A DNA stretch of 64,000 nucleotides, taken from Phoronis australis (taxonomy: Eukaryota; Animalia; Phoronida). Each line of letters begins with the position of its first letter. Position 1 is the first letter of the stretch. Positions 1-12,000 of the stretch are shown piece by piece. The stretch is from NCBI GenBank assembly GCA_002633005.1, contig NMRA01000069.1, positions 850,990 to 914,989 of the forward strand, given 5' to 3'. The position numbers and the translations under genes are program-made. The notes under the pieces were generated by a model, which was not told where the DNA came from, ran no database searches, and saw only the letters and a program-made list of their open reading frames with translations.

Positions 1-318
1 TCATCTCACTACTAGGTGCCTACATACCAAATTTCATGAAAATCCGTTCAGGACTTTTGAAGATACAAAGGTAAGCGTAAAAAACTAAAATTGCCACTAG
101 GGGGCACACCGGTTGTCGGATCCATCCGAAAGTTCGCACATGCTGTCCCATTCATGAATGGAACATATGTGCCAAATTTCATGAATGTATGTCAAAGGGT
201 TTTGGAGATAGAGCAGCGGACGCCGGACGGACGCCGCCCGGACGGACGGACGGACGGCCGGACGGACAGAGATGACGGCATAATGCGTCCACATATAAAT
301 ATGTGGGCGCATAAAAAT
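1..318 (-). mobile_element. 5' end of a Helentron/DINE-like non-autonomous element (XPOT intron)
   Basis: Reverse complement starts TTTTTATGCGCCCACAT with a short hairpin and then (GTCC)n microsatellite. Homologous to the element at 12550-14213. Confidence 0.6.
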
Positions 319-716
319 TAAAATACAGATACACTCTAATTTGTTTCTATAACTAAGCAGTGAAAGTAATACGCAGGAAATGAAAAATAAGAATCTCATC
401 TGACTGGTGTAATCAAAATGACCTTACAGGAGTGGCACTGATGCTTTAGGCCACTGTTGCGCCAATCGGTCATGTTCAAATTTGAATGTACAAAGAAGTT
501 TGACCCTTGGTGCAAAGGTAAGCAATATCCTGGAGTTAATTACAAAATGACAACCCACTTCCGACAGTGTCATTCTGTTGGAAATCCATTATAGATTTCA
601 CGTGAGAGCGTTCCACTACAACAGCCACTGGGACAATAATGAGCACGCAGACTATTAATGGCTACGGAATACTTGTAGTCATTCTGGTATACTTTACGTC
701 TTCACTAGTCATTCAC

Positions 717-802
717 CTGGCATAGGCTCCTGATGACAGAGCCTGAGCACACAGCTGCCACCCATTGGGCGTGGACTTGAGTTGATCAAAGTACTGCAGT
801 GC
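717..802 (-). CDS. XPOT: XPOT coding exon 2
   Basis: TTTACAG acceptor, 86 nt, ALQYFDQLKSTPNGWQLCAQALSSGAYA, donor CAG|GTGAAT. Confidence 0.88.
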
Positions 803-1172
803 CTGTAAATGAATGGAGCATCAAAATAACAGTGCAGTCCCTCAAGCTCAATCCCTTTTTACACACCGGTGTAAAAATAACTCTTTTTCATTTTTTCAAT
901 GACCAATCTATGATCGTTGCGACGGCACAAAACTACGACATTATGTCCAATGCAGAGAATTAAAAGAACAGTACCCAGTACGGTATTAATTCCGAGATAC
1001 CAATATCAAGTAAAGTAATGATCAACTAAAATCTCAATTGTCTGCTATATTGCTTCCTAAATTGATGTGATTTCTCGTAGCCAACTTCTGAAGTTATCCT
1101 ACCACAAATCCAATATAATACCTGATGCTGTCCACTGACGTCACACAAGGCCTGCAGGGCTTGGTCGTCCAT
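717..1172 (-). CDS. XPOT: Exportin-T, 5' part (coding exons 1172-1122 and 802-717); gene continues beyond the window start
   Basis: Spliced translation MDDQALQALCDVSGQHQ|ALQYFDQLKSTPNGWQLCAQALSSGAYA resembles the exportin-T N-terminus as recalled for human (MDEQALLGL...ALAYFEQLKISPDAWQVCAEAL). Minus-strand GT donors at 1121-1120 and 716-715, AG acceptor at 804-803. Confidence 0.88.
1122..1172 (-). CDS. XPOT: XPOT coding exon 1 (MDDQALQALCDVSGQHQ)
   Basis: ATG at 1172-1170, 51 nt, phase-0 donor CAG|GTATTA. Upstream polypyrimidine tract and AG at 1213-1212 suggest a non-coding exon further upstream. Confidence 0.82.
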
Positions 1173-1199
1173 CTTGACCCAACTCAACCTTAACCACCG

Positions 1200-1600
1200 T
1201 CTTGCCCGCAACTACAAGGGAAAGATAAGGCAAGGAGTAACTTGAAACTCACCAGGTAGCACCAATGTGTTCAGGGCCTGCATTTAATGGGACATCATGC
1301 CTATTGACGAACAAAAAGTCCAAGGGACACAAATTGTACAACGTTCCCATGCAATTTTTTGCAAGTGCCACGCGCCAGGTCAGACGCTTTGATCAGTCTC
1401 TCGCTTGTCCTTGCCTGAACTCACGACATCAGTAGAAATAATTTGAGATTATCGTGCGAGGTGAAAAAGTTAACAGCGGCCAAAACGTGGAGTCGGAATT
1501 CTTTGCCAAAGTTATCTCAACTCCTGTAAACATGCTTCACAGAAGATATGCATAGAACCAGAAAGAATTGCTGAAGAAAGTAAGCGTTTTTGAAGTGATA
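1200..1600. promoter_or_regulatory. Probable bidirectional promoter / 5' UTR exons of XPOT and RBSN
   Basis: Unique sequence just upstream of XPOT. Candidate minus-strand donor GTGAGT at 1424-1419 and plus-strand donor GTAAGC at 1580. Inference only. Confidence 0.35.
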
Positions 1601-1999
1601 ATTTTAACTGTAAAATGTATTTTGGACCATGTTAAAACCATTTATTCGGTGACCATATTTTGGTTACCAGCTGTTTAAAATACACAGTTAATGAAATGAG
1701 TACATAAATACATGGGGAGTTCTGTACTCCCAGCTGTAATAGCCAGCTGAGGAGCTACGTGTTGCCTAGGGATAAAAAGGTGTCTTCAGTACCAGTCTGT
1801 GACTGCTGCAGCGCAAGCACATTCTAAATTTTCTTGAACATGAGAAACAATTCTATTGAACCTAGAAGTTCTTCCAAGCCTGGAAAAATAAAGTGTCCTA
1901 TGACGAGGAAAAGCATTAAATCAGTTGAGATTGGCAGCATTGACTGAAGAGTGGAGAGTGCATATGAATTACTAGCCTTGGTACAAAGCTGTATATAAA

Positions 2000-2738
2000 T
2001 ATACAGCTTTGCACCGATGTGGGTAAAAAAGTGGCAAGATAAAATCTGACACAAAATTAGCGTCATTAAAAACTACAGTCTTCCTTGAGTAAACTAAATT
2101 ATTTAACGGTGTTGGAAAAAATGGCGTTCTACCGTTATTTCGATGCTAAAGTTGTGGAGCGATCTTTAGCGACGGCTTTCGGCATCGTGAAATATTGCGT
2201 CACCTATTGGCCAGTTTCTTTTTTCGCCGATTCTTCAATCAACTGTTGTTCTTTCACGAGCTTGCGTACACGTCACAACAAATTATCAGAACTGGTTTCA
2301 CTTCATTATAAGTTTTTAGAATTTTGATACCGAAAAATCAAATTTCAGAAGAAATTTTGCTGCTGCAAGCTATCATCACCACCCGAGAGATGTCGCAAAA
2401 ATTTAGGAAATGGCGCGTGCGCGTGACACGAGCGTACTGTTTTCAAAACGACAAAATACTTTTCATTGTTAGAAAAGGCAGAGAGTTACACAAAAAAATG
2501 ATGTTTATTGCATTGTTTTTCACTTAAACGGCTGTAACGGGAAAGGTGTCGGTTGACTCCCAGATTTTGCATGCACACCGTCCGGTTTTTAGCTTTACAT
2601 GTTGATACAAGTTTTACGGTGCGGTGACGAGCAGAACTACCCAGGCTGTGTGCAATTTCGGGGTCTACGGAAGAAATATACACAGTGGGACCTAGCTGTA
2701 TTTTCACGACAGTCTTCATACAGCTAGCTGGCTGGCTA
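2000..2738 (+). repeat. Interspersed repeat family B copy
   Basis: Homologous to 4544-5260, 5293-6090 (reverse) and 7060-7680. Shared spurious ORF MSKLNYLTVLEKM...HYKFLEF. Confidence 0.85.
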
Positions 2739-3604
2739 ATGAATTACTAGAATAATACTCTGGCACTGGCAGTAGGTCCTATAAACATCCAAACTACATT
2801 CTCCCAATTTGAGAACCTGCTTCTGTTGTGATGCGAGTGGCACTAGTGTTAGCCTAAAATTAATACGTATTGACAGACGGGTTACGTGTCTAGTTAGTGA
2901 GTGTTTCTGTGGTAGTCAGTTTTACTGTTTTGGCAGACTGGTAGTCAATGGTAGTGATACTTATGATAAGTATTGTCAGTCTTCTATTCAGGAAAGTGGT
3001 CACTATTGTGCGCAAATTGAGAGAATTTGCAATAGAAATAGACAATATGACGTTTATATGTTTACTTACAAGTTCAAAAAACACCCTGAGAATTCAATGT
3101 CGAGAAAATAAAACGTGTTTCGCCACGTTTCGTCACGAAAACAAGACAGTGTGGTCGGAACTCAAGACAATCATCACGAACCCAAACTAGCGTTTTCAAA
3201 ATTATATTTTGATCATTATTACACATTTTTAGAATAGTGAATAAATATTTTAAAAGATATAATCATATATTAAATAAAATTAAAATGAAAATTACCATAT
3301 TTAGGATGGCCAGGCAACATTTAAAATGTATTTGGGATTGTCATGCGTGTGGGAGTTTCCGATTTTTGTCAAAATTTTATGTTTAGGATTACTTGAAGAA
3401 TGTGAAGCTGAATGAACAGAGATGGTGGGCGATAGGTTCTCAGTTTCCATCATTTGGAAAGCTTAATGTTTTTGTTGCTCTTCTATGTGCCTAAAGCTTC
3501 ACTATTTTCTGCTTTAAATTGTGTTGGTATTCTAAGTGGGTATCTAAACATCTAGCCTTCTTCATCTTGGTACAATACAAAGCTGTGCATGTATACTAAA
3601 CATA

Positions 3605-4534
3605 TAGGCAATGACCATCGCCTCTGTTGGCCCGAACCAGAGGTGATGCAGAGGCTATAGGTGCTCTGTACGCCGGAAGCTTTTCAGCGAATTATGCCTC
3701 GCACCGACTAAACCATCAAAGTCACGTTGTTATAAATAACTTTTGCGCATAGAGGAACACCTTTAGGAGGTTGTTGATGTGTTTAATTCCTTCCAACTCG
3801 AACAAATACTCCCGTTATGAAACTTTTTCTTCGAGCAGTCCCTATTTCATTTCCCAAAATCGTGAAATCAACATTTTCATTTTTTTAACCAGGCCGAAGG
3901 TCAGAAGTTGCGGACCTACCGGCGAACTTTGAAAGCTGAAGTTCCCGCCCTTCGCGTACGTGCTGCCAGGAACCAGCCGTGCATTTGCCGTGTTGTTAAA
4001 CATTAAATTGTCAAATATGTGCACAAATACTATTAAATGTCATATCAACAGCATTTATTTTTATCAAATACAAACAATAATTCATTGAAATACAATCAGT
4101 TTCAAGTAACGCCAATTTAAGACAAGTATAAGTGGTGGCATTTTGGAAACTAACATTTGACTGACAAGACCGCAATGGCTAACCTTTGGCCTATTTAAAG
4201 ATTGAGGTCATGAAGTCACATCACCTAGCGAGCGTGGTAAAAATTGGAGCGTGCGCAGTATAAAAATGGTGTGTTCACGATTTTGGGAACTGAAATAAGG
4301 ACTGCTCGAAGAAAAAGTTTGATAATAGGAGTATTTGTTCGAGTTGGAAGGAATTAAACACATCGACAACCTCCTCAGGTGTTCCTCTATGCGCAAAAGG
4401 TATTTATAACAACGTGACTTTGATGGTTTAGTCGGTGCGAAGCATAATTCGCCGAAAAGCTTCCGGCGTACAGAGCGCCTATAGCCTCTGCATCGCCTCT
4501 GGTTTGGGCCAACAGAGGCGATGGTCACTGCCTA
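3605..4534. mobile_element. MULE-like MITE with ~270-bp TIRs and a 9-bp TSD
   Basis: Termini TAGGCA(A/G)TGACCATCGCC...GGCGATGGTCACTGCCTA; CTAAACATA duplicated at 3596-3604 and 4535-4543. Confidence 0.85.
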
Positions 4535-4543
4535 CTAAACATA

Positions 4544-6090
4544 CAGCTTTGCGTCGGTGTGGGTAAAAAGTGGTAAGATAAAATATGATTCAAGCTTAGT
4601 GTCATTAAAAACTACAATTTTCTTTGAGTAAACTAAATTATTTAACGGTGTTGGAAAAAATGATGTTCTACTGTTATTCTGCTGCTAAAGTTGTGGAGCG
4701 ATCTTCAGTGTCGGATTATGGTGCCATGAAATATTGCGTCACCTATGAGCCAATTTCTTTTTTCGCTGATTCTTCAATCAACCGTTGTTCTTTCACGAGG
4801 TTGCGTACACATCACAACAAATTATTGGAACTGGTTTCACTTCATTATAAGTTTTTAGAATTCCGATACCGAAAAACTGAATTTCAGAACAAATTTTGCT
4901 GCTGCGAAGTTGTCGCAAAAATTTAGAAAATGGCGCATGTGCATGAAACACGCGTACTGTTTTCAAAACGACAACATACTTTTCATTGTTACAAAAGGTC
5001 CAGAATGACTCAAGAAAATGACGTTTGTTGCATTGTTTTTCCCTAGCTTAAACGGTTGTAACAGGCAAGGTGAGTATCGGTTGACTCCCAGATTTTGCAT
5101 GCACCCCGTCTGGTCTTTAGCTTTACGTGTTGATACAGGTTTCATAACGAGGTGACGAGCAGAACTACTGTGTGCAAGTTCGGGGTCTATGGAAGATTAA
5201 CACACAGTGGTACCTAGCTGTATTTTGACGATAGTCTTCATACAGCTAGCTGGCTGGCTACTATCCAGCTAGCCTTCTCTGCCGCTCTGGCCTAGCCAGC
5301 CAGCTAGTATGAAGACTATTGCCAAAATACAGCTATGTACCACTGTGTGTTCAGTGCCAGCAGACCTCGAAATTGCACACAACCCGGGTAGTTCTACTCG
5401 TCATCTCACTGTGCAAGTTATATCAACATGTAGGGCTATTAAGACCGCCGGGTATGCATGCTGTTGTAAAAATTAGGTTTTACCTTGCAATAATAACTAA
5501 AGGTGCGCCTAGAGTAATAACTGTATCCGTTCGGTTCAGCAGTCTCCAAGACGCCAACAGAGGGCGCACGCGGCAAAAGGCCAGCGCAGCAGTGAGACAG
5601 GTCAAATAATGTCTCACTACACTGCAAAATCTGGGAGTCAACACTGACAACAGACACTCATCTTGCCCATTACACTACGCTTGTGTCACACGCACGTGCC
5701 ATTTCCTAAATTTTTGCGACAACTTGGCAGCAGCAAAATCTGTTCTGAAATTTCGTTTTTCGGTATATAAATTCTAAAAACTTATAGTGAAGTGAAACCA
5801 GTTCTGATGATTTGTTGTGACGTGTACGCAACCTCATGAATGAAGAACAGTTGATTGAAGAATCGGCGAAAAAAGAAACTGGCCAATAGATGACGCAATG
5901 TTTCATTGTGGCGAAAGCCGACGCAAAAGATCGTACCACAATTTTAACAGCAGAATGAGGGTAGAAATCCATATTTTTCAACACTGGTAAATTAGTTTAC
6001 TCAAGGTAGATTGTAGTTTTTAATGACACTAATTTTGTGTCAGATTTTGTCTGGTCTTTTTCCTCCACATTGTCGTAAAGCTGTGTATTT
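4544..6090. repeat. Large inverted repeat (two family B copies, foldback-like)
   Basis: 4544-5260 and 5293-6090 are reverse-complement homologues around a spacer of ~30 bp. The right arm carries an internal insertion. Confidence 0.8.
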
Positions 6091-7059
6091 AGTATACAGC
6101 TTTGTGCCAAGGTTGTCCCTGGCCTTATTCTTGCCCTTGGCTTCGATTATGGTGCTTGGTGCAAAACTGTGTTATTACTAACGATACAGCGGTAATTGTG
6201 TACAATATGATAGCATTCACCTACACAAATGATTTTGGTATCGCTCGATTCCTCGCATCGTTCTCATTCCTAAAATATATGAATGTGTCCCGTTACGCAT
6301 TTCGTCACAATTTTGCCATCAACTTTCTGTTCGCACTACCCGTTTGACACTGCCATGTTCCCTCAACACAAGACCACAGCGACGCCTGTTGCTAATAGTG
6401 TAACAGAGAAATGAAAGGAGCTGGCAGAGTCCCTTCTGGTGGCCAATAGTTTCTCAAGTCCCCTGTTATCCAAAGACAGACATCTATCCAGCACTAGGTG
6501 GCCTCCCTTGGTGCCGGCGGGTATGGGCCACCCTCACCTATAGTGTAAAGACATTAAAGGCCCGAAACACTGGTGAGGGTCTGAAGGCTGCCTCTGACTT
6601 CGCAATCTTTTTGATTGTTAGTCTTATAATTCTGAATGGTGTTTGGCCGCGAGATTCCTGCTAAACTTTTCCTGAGGTACGTAACATACAGCAACAAGGG
6701 GAAATCTTTCTACCCTTTTTCCTTAATGTTTTTAGAATTGTGATCATTTGAACCCTTTTCCAAAAATTCTCTGAAGTGATATCTTTTTTTACAAATTTGA
6801 ACCTCCAAAATAACCCATTGTTTCTCAGATTCTTGTTACCGGATGCGTATGTACCAAGGTCACCATACAAATTCAAACCCTTGGGACCATAGCTCAGAAC
6901 AGGTGCGGACGGGTCTCGGTCGCTATGAACTTATGAAGAGCAACGGTGTCGATAGAGTTGTTCAGTTTTTGGCTGTCAGATGACTCCTTCCATTCAACAT
7001 GGTGGTATCACTGATCGTAAATGCGAGCAGAAATTTGATGATAAAAGTACTTCCTTAGA

Positions 7060-7680
7060 TAAATTAAATTATTTACAGGACTGATGTTAAAAATTTTTTT
7101 GTTCTATCTTTATTCTGTTGCTAAAGTTGTGGAGCGATCTTATGTGTAGGTTTTCGCCGCCTTGAAATATAGCGTCAATTATTGGTCAGTGTCTTTTTGA
7201 TGATTTTTCAATCAGCTGTTCTTCCATGAGGTTGCATACATGTCACAACAAATTACTGCAACTGGTTTCATTTCGTTATAACTTTTTGGTACTTTAATAC
7301 CTGCAAACCGAATTTCAGAACAAACTTTCTTGTCACGAAGCTGCCATCATCTTCTGAAATGACGCTTGCATGTGTCACAAGCACACTGTTTTTGAAAGGA
7401 CTACAAACTCTTCTTTGTTACAAAATTCAGGGAGTTATGTAAGAAAATGACGTTTGTTAGCTTATTTTCACTTAAGTGGCTGCAATGAGCAAGGTGAGTC
7501 GGTTGACTCCCAGCTTTGCATGCAATCCCGCCAGTCGTTAGCTCTGCATGTTAATGTAAGTTTCACAAGGAGGTGACGAGCAGAACTACCTGGGCTGTGT
7601 GAAATTTCGGAGTCTAACGGAGCTCAAAACACAGTGGTTCCTAGCTGACCTTAGTGTTCATAAAGCTTGCTGGTCGGCTA
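7060..7680 (+). repeat. Interspersed repeat family B copy (more diverged)
   Basis: Shares GCTAAAGTTGTGGAGCGATCT and GGTGACGAGCAGAACTAC with the other copies. Confidence 0.8.
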
Positions 7681-8944
7681 CTTTTCAGCAAGCCATATGT
7701 ATTTTAAAGCACAAGCCCTTGAGTTTATCTGTTCCTCAATCACCACTGTTATAAAAATAAAATGTTTATTATATTTATATTATTCAGTGGGAAGTTTATG
7801 AACTTGTGTCCAAACTATGTGGAAGGTCATAAAAACTGGGCGGAAGGTCATAAAAAACTTTTTTTCTCAGATTCTGTGAACTCTGAAATGGACATCAATC
7901 ATAAGAAATCCCCAGTGCAGTGGAAAAATTATTGTCGATTATCAGATTATGTTAATTACGATCAAATTCACGTAGGATGTTTACTACCATCACTAGTATG
8001 TAGCCAGTACTCACCTTTTAAAGTTCAACAGAGCTGATGGGTCTTCAGAGCGCTTTTCACAGATTTGTGAACATAAACCAAAAGAATGGAAGGGAAATAC
8101 TTGTCTTGTTCAACGTGTTAGTACCAATCAAATTAAATTCCATTTCATTAACATATTTAGGCAACAGCAGTTATGTTTCATGTTCTTTACCTTTTGCTAT
8201 CAACTACAAATCAAATAGTCTGCCATCTTGTTACGTCACTTTTTTCCTAAGGACGTTGTGAAAATTTCTGTGCTCATCACCAAGGACAGGACAGTGACAC
8301 ATAAGATTAATCTCATTTTCAATTTGTCCAGTATTGCATATTCTACAAAAATTACTCATCCTCGGTTAGTCTTGTGTGCCGCCTTGTTTCAATGTGATGC
8401 TTGGACATTGAGTACTTAAAATGAGCACCTATTTTCCTTAAGTAGGGGTTTTATAAGTACAGGTATTTTTCAGACTGCAGTTCTGTTTTGATAGTACAAT
8501 GGACGAATTATCGTAGTGCCAGTTTTGTATGTCACAGTCAATTAATCCCTGACAATTGTTTGAAAGGAAAAAATCTACATCACCCAGTCCACATTACCTT
8601 ACCTCTCCAAACCTGTAGGTATACAGTAGCACTTTGAACTAATATGCCCGGTTGTGCCTGCCGCCGTCGTCGCATGATATTATAATTAGTAGTGACTCAA
8701 ATGCTAGTGTTGTAATTGCCATGATCACATGACCCGAGAATCAAACCTGCGACTCTGATAAAACCTGCATGCTTTCTAACCATGATAGGCAATTGCTTGT
8801 GACTTAAAGTTGGTAATGGAAATGGGGATTTTATCACAATGATAAATATTTTGAGACCATTTTAGATTACGTTGTTCTTATTTACAGAATTCAACAACTG
8901 GTGGTGATGTGAAACTCATGTGATTATTACCACCTCACATCACC

Positions 8945-9089
8945 ATGACAACGACGGAGACGTCAGACATCAGGGAGGGGTTCCTGTGCCCAATATGTAT
9001 GAAGGACTTGTTTACACTTAATCAGTTGTCTGAGCACTTTGAGTCTGCTCACGCCAATGAAGACAAACAAGTCTTGCAGCAGCTTAAAG
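8945..9089 (+). CDS. RBSN: RBSN coding exon 1 (C2H2 zinc finger)
   Basis: CACCATG start; acceptor at 8887; donor AAG|GTAATT. Confidence 0.92.
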
Positions 9090-12000
9090 GTAATTTGAAA
9101 ATTTTCTTGCTACCATGTTCGCATTCTAAAAAGACTGATAGTTATTTCATCTGTAAATTTGTCAGTATTTATTGTCTTATTATTTTGCGAGTTACAAAAT
9201 TTGCATTTTTAAACCTGCTGTAGATCTGCCTTGGTTTGAAAGGTCTAACTTGATTTTAATCTCTCACCGGTATGAAATTGGTCATTTTTTTGTTCCTGGC
9301 TCGAATTCATGCTTATTTTTGGGATTGGAATTACAAAAACCTCCTGTTTTGGTTTCAACTCCAGACAACAGTAGTTGTCGTGAGTAGTTTCTAAACCAAG
9401 GCTAAATCCAGATATCAATCTAATCCATTCTGGTGCTGCAATCTCCACGCTCTTTTGTTCATTGTCACAGCTCACAGGCCTATTATCTACTATGGTTCAT
9501 CAATGGGTACCAGAGAACTGAAACCTAATACTTCTGTTTTTGCTAATTTTATGCTATTTCTTCAGGTAAAAATGATTAATAACTTATTTTTTATGAAGAA
9601 TTCAATTTCAGAAGCAAAGCAGATATTATTAAATCAACAGTTTTAGTCCAGGATATTTTGTGCAGTGGTTCATTGCCATTAAACCATCACTGTGGCATTA
9701 ATTGCTTTACTCCACCCAACAGGACCTTAAATCAGACTTCCTGATAAGCAGCTTCTTGGTGAGAGTGAGACTGGTACAAATCTGTTGGTGAAGTACAATA
9801 TGGTGTGAAATGGGCCTAGTTTGTAATGAAAGAAAGGACAGTTATGACCTGGGACCAGACGTAACAAGTTGTCTTGTCATGGCTGGTCTTTTTCAGTGCC
9901 TAGAACAGCCTGAAGCAACAAAGAAATGTTTTTTTCCAAACCCAGAAACAAATACTTTCAAGTTATACTTGTATATTGTTTAAATCAAAAGTTACGTACT
10001 TTGGCGTAACACAGGTCTGCAGCCTTTTTGAGTGTAAAAAGCATTCCGTCTCCTTTTTGTGTTTCTAGGTTTCTTTGCAAAAACAAAGAAGAAGATATTG
10101 TCTTCCATCGACCGCCTCGATGACGGTAGTTTGGATGGTAGTGATGGTGCACCTCAAAAAACTGTTGGCACCGCCCACGACCCAGTGGGTGGCATCGATC
10201 CCACCATGTGGGATGCACAAACCATTGGTATGTAACATGTCCTATCTTCAAGCTTCATTCAATGAGCCTTACTGTGCACTGCATTTCTAACGGCTTTCAT
10301 TATGTCAAACCAAAACTGAATCATTAGCAATCTGTAGGAGAAATAATTGCTTGTTGAGGCCTCAATCTTGATAACTTCAAAAAAGGTGAATTTGAGGCAA
10401 GAGGGGAATTGGTGATGGAGAGTCCGAGAGTGTGGAGCAAAGTTACATCCTTGTGTCCTATTGGCAGTTTTGTCGCTGCTTGTGGCTTACGGTTATTAAG
10501 AGTGGTCACATGACCCAACTAACGGCAGATTGGTAAATAGTCACATATCGAATTTTGCAGGCTTTCTACATTCAGGAATTACATTGTTATGCTGTTCCAC
10601 AGTTTTCTAAACGTTTGGCTAAATGCACACACTTGTGAATAAGGTCCTATGTAACCTTATTGAGACACAGACTTGTGAATAAGGTCCATGTAACCTTATT
10701 GAGACACAGACTTGTGAATAAGGTCCTATGTAACCTTATTGAGACACAGACTTGTGAATAAGGTCCTATGTAACCTTATTGAGACACAGTTTCCAACTTG
10801 GAGGAGTCGCAACCACTCTAAGTTGATCGTCCTAAGCTGAATGGCAAAATGTTTCTCAATGTGCTTATTGGCTTAACAATAAAATAAAGACGAGAACTTA
10901 ACTGCCATTTGAATGCTTCTCAGGTGATAATTGTTGTGTATTCATTGGCCGCCCTAGTCACATGACTCCTCTGTAGTTCAAAGTCGTGACTCTTTTTCAG
11001 GATTTTGAGAGTATGACAATTACACAGGAAACTATTGATTTTGTCGTGGTGCCAAGTTCAGATAATGCAAATGAATTGAAGGTGGATAAGGTTTTTTAAG
11101 TAGATAAGAGAAACCAGGTATACAACCGGGTGAGAATCAATTTTGGCTGATTTTTTAGTTACTGTTTCCAGTAATATGATAATAAATCATTAATTGTGCG
11201 TTTAATGATTCATTTTTGACAACGGTCATTTCAAGGTCATATACGTTACAAGTTGCTACTGCTGTTCACGACGAGTCTAGGCTAGAAAAAATTGCGAGGT
11301 CATTGTTTGAGACTCCCTTCTCTCAATTCTGAAATTCAGATAGCAACTAAATCCCAGGTCCAACAACCTTGATGACCAAGAAAAACCGTTATGTTGGTGA
11401 TTTTTTCCAGTGTTGCAGCAATCAAGCAGGCTTTTCTGTTCTACTAAAAACACTGTTGGGGCATTTTTGGGCATTGTGACTTGGCTTGCAGGAATTGGAA
11501 TATCCAAGTCAAACACGTGTGACTATTGCAAGACAGCTGAAATCTCAGTTCGCATTTTCAAATTTTGTTAATGCAATCCGTAGCTCGTTATGTCAGGCTC
11601 TGCGCAGAATTCAGTTTGTTTTAAATATCTTTTCAGGCAAAATTCGGAACCACACGGATTACTTTAGGCCAATCAGAGACGAAAGGATTGACCGATACGT
11701 TGTGGAGATGAACAAAGTGTTGATTCGACTGGACAAACTCGTGGGTCCAGACGTTCCCATAGACTCTGGGAAAAGAAAAGGTAAAGAGATGTATAGTTTT
11801 GTGATTTTGTGTCTTACAACATGCTGCTGTAATTTTTAAAACATTTTTATTACCGACAAAGTCTGTGACTGCCAAGTTGGTCACGCAATCCTTATGATTT
11901 CATCAACCATAGCAGATTTGCGACAGAAAAACGCTCATTTATTTTAAGATATCATAAAACAATGGGTATGCATCTTACCTTTAAAGTTTTATAACAATCC

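Noticed and set aside
2085-5984. Repeated small ORFs (MSKLNYLTVLEKM...HYKFLEF) as a gene family
   Set aside because: They are open frames inside non-coding repeat family B, start at TTG/GTG codons and vary in frame and length.
6420-7030. Possible retrotransposon endonuclease remnant on the minus strand (TETRPHL resembling TxxRPD)
   Set aside because: Similarity is too weak and broken by stops to call without a profile search.
10631-10789. CRISPR-like palindromic repeats
   Set aside because: No unique spacers, no cas genes, and the context is a eukaryotic intron.
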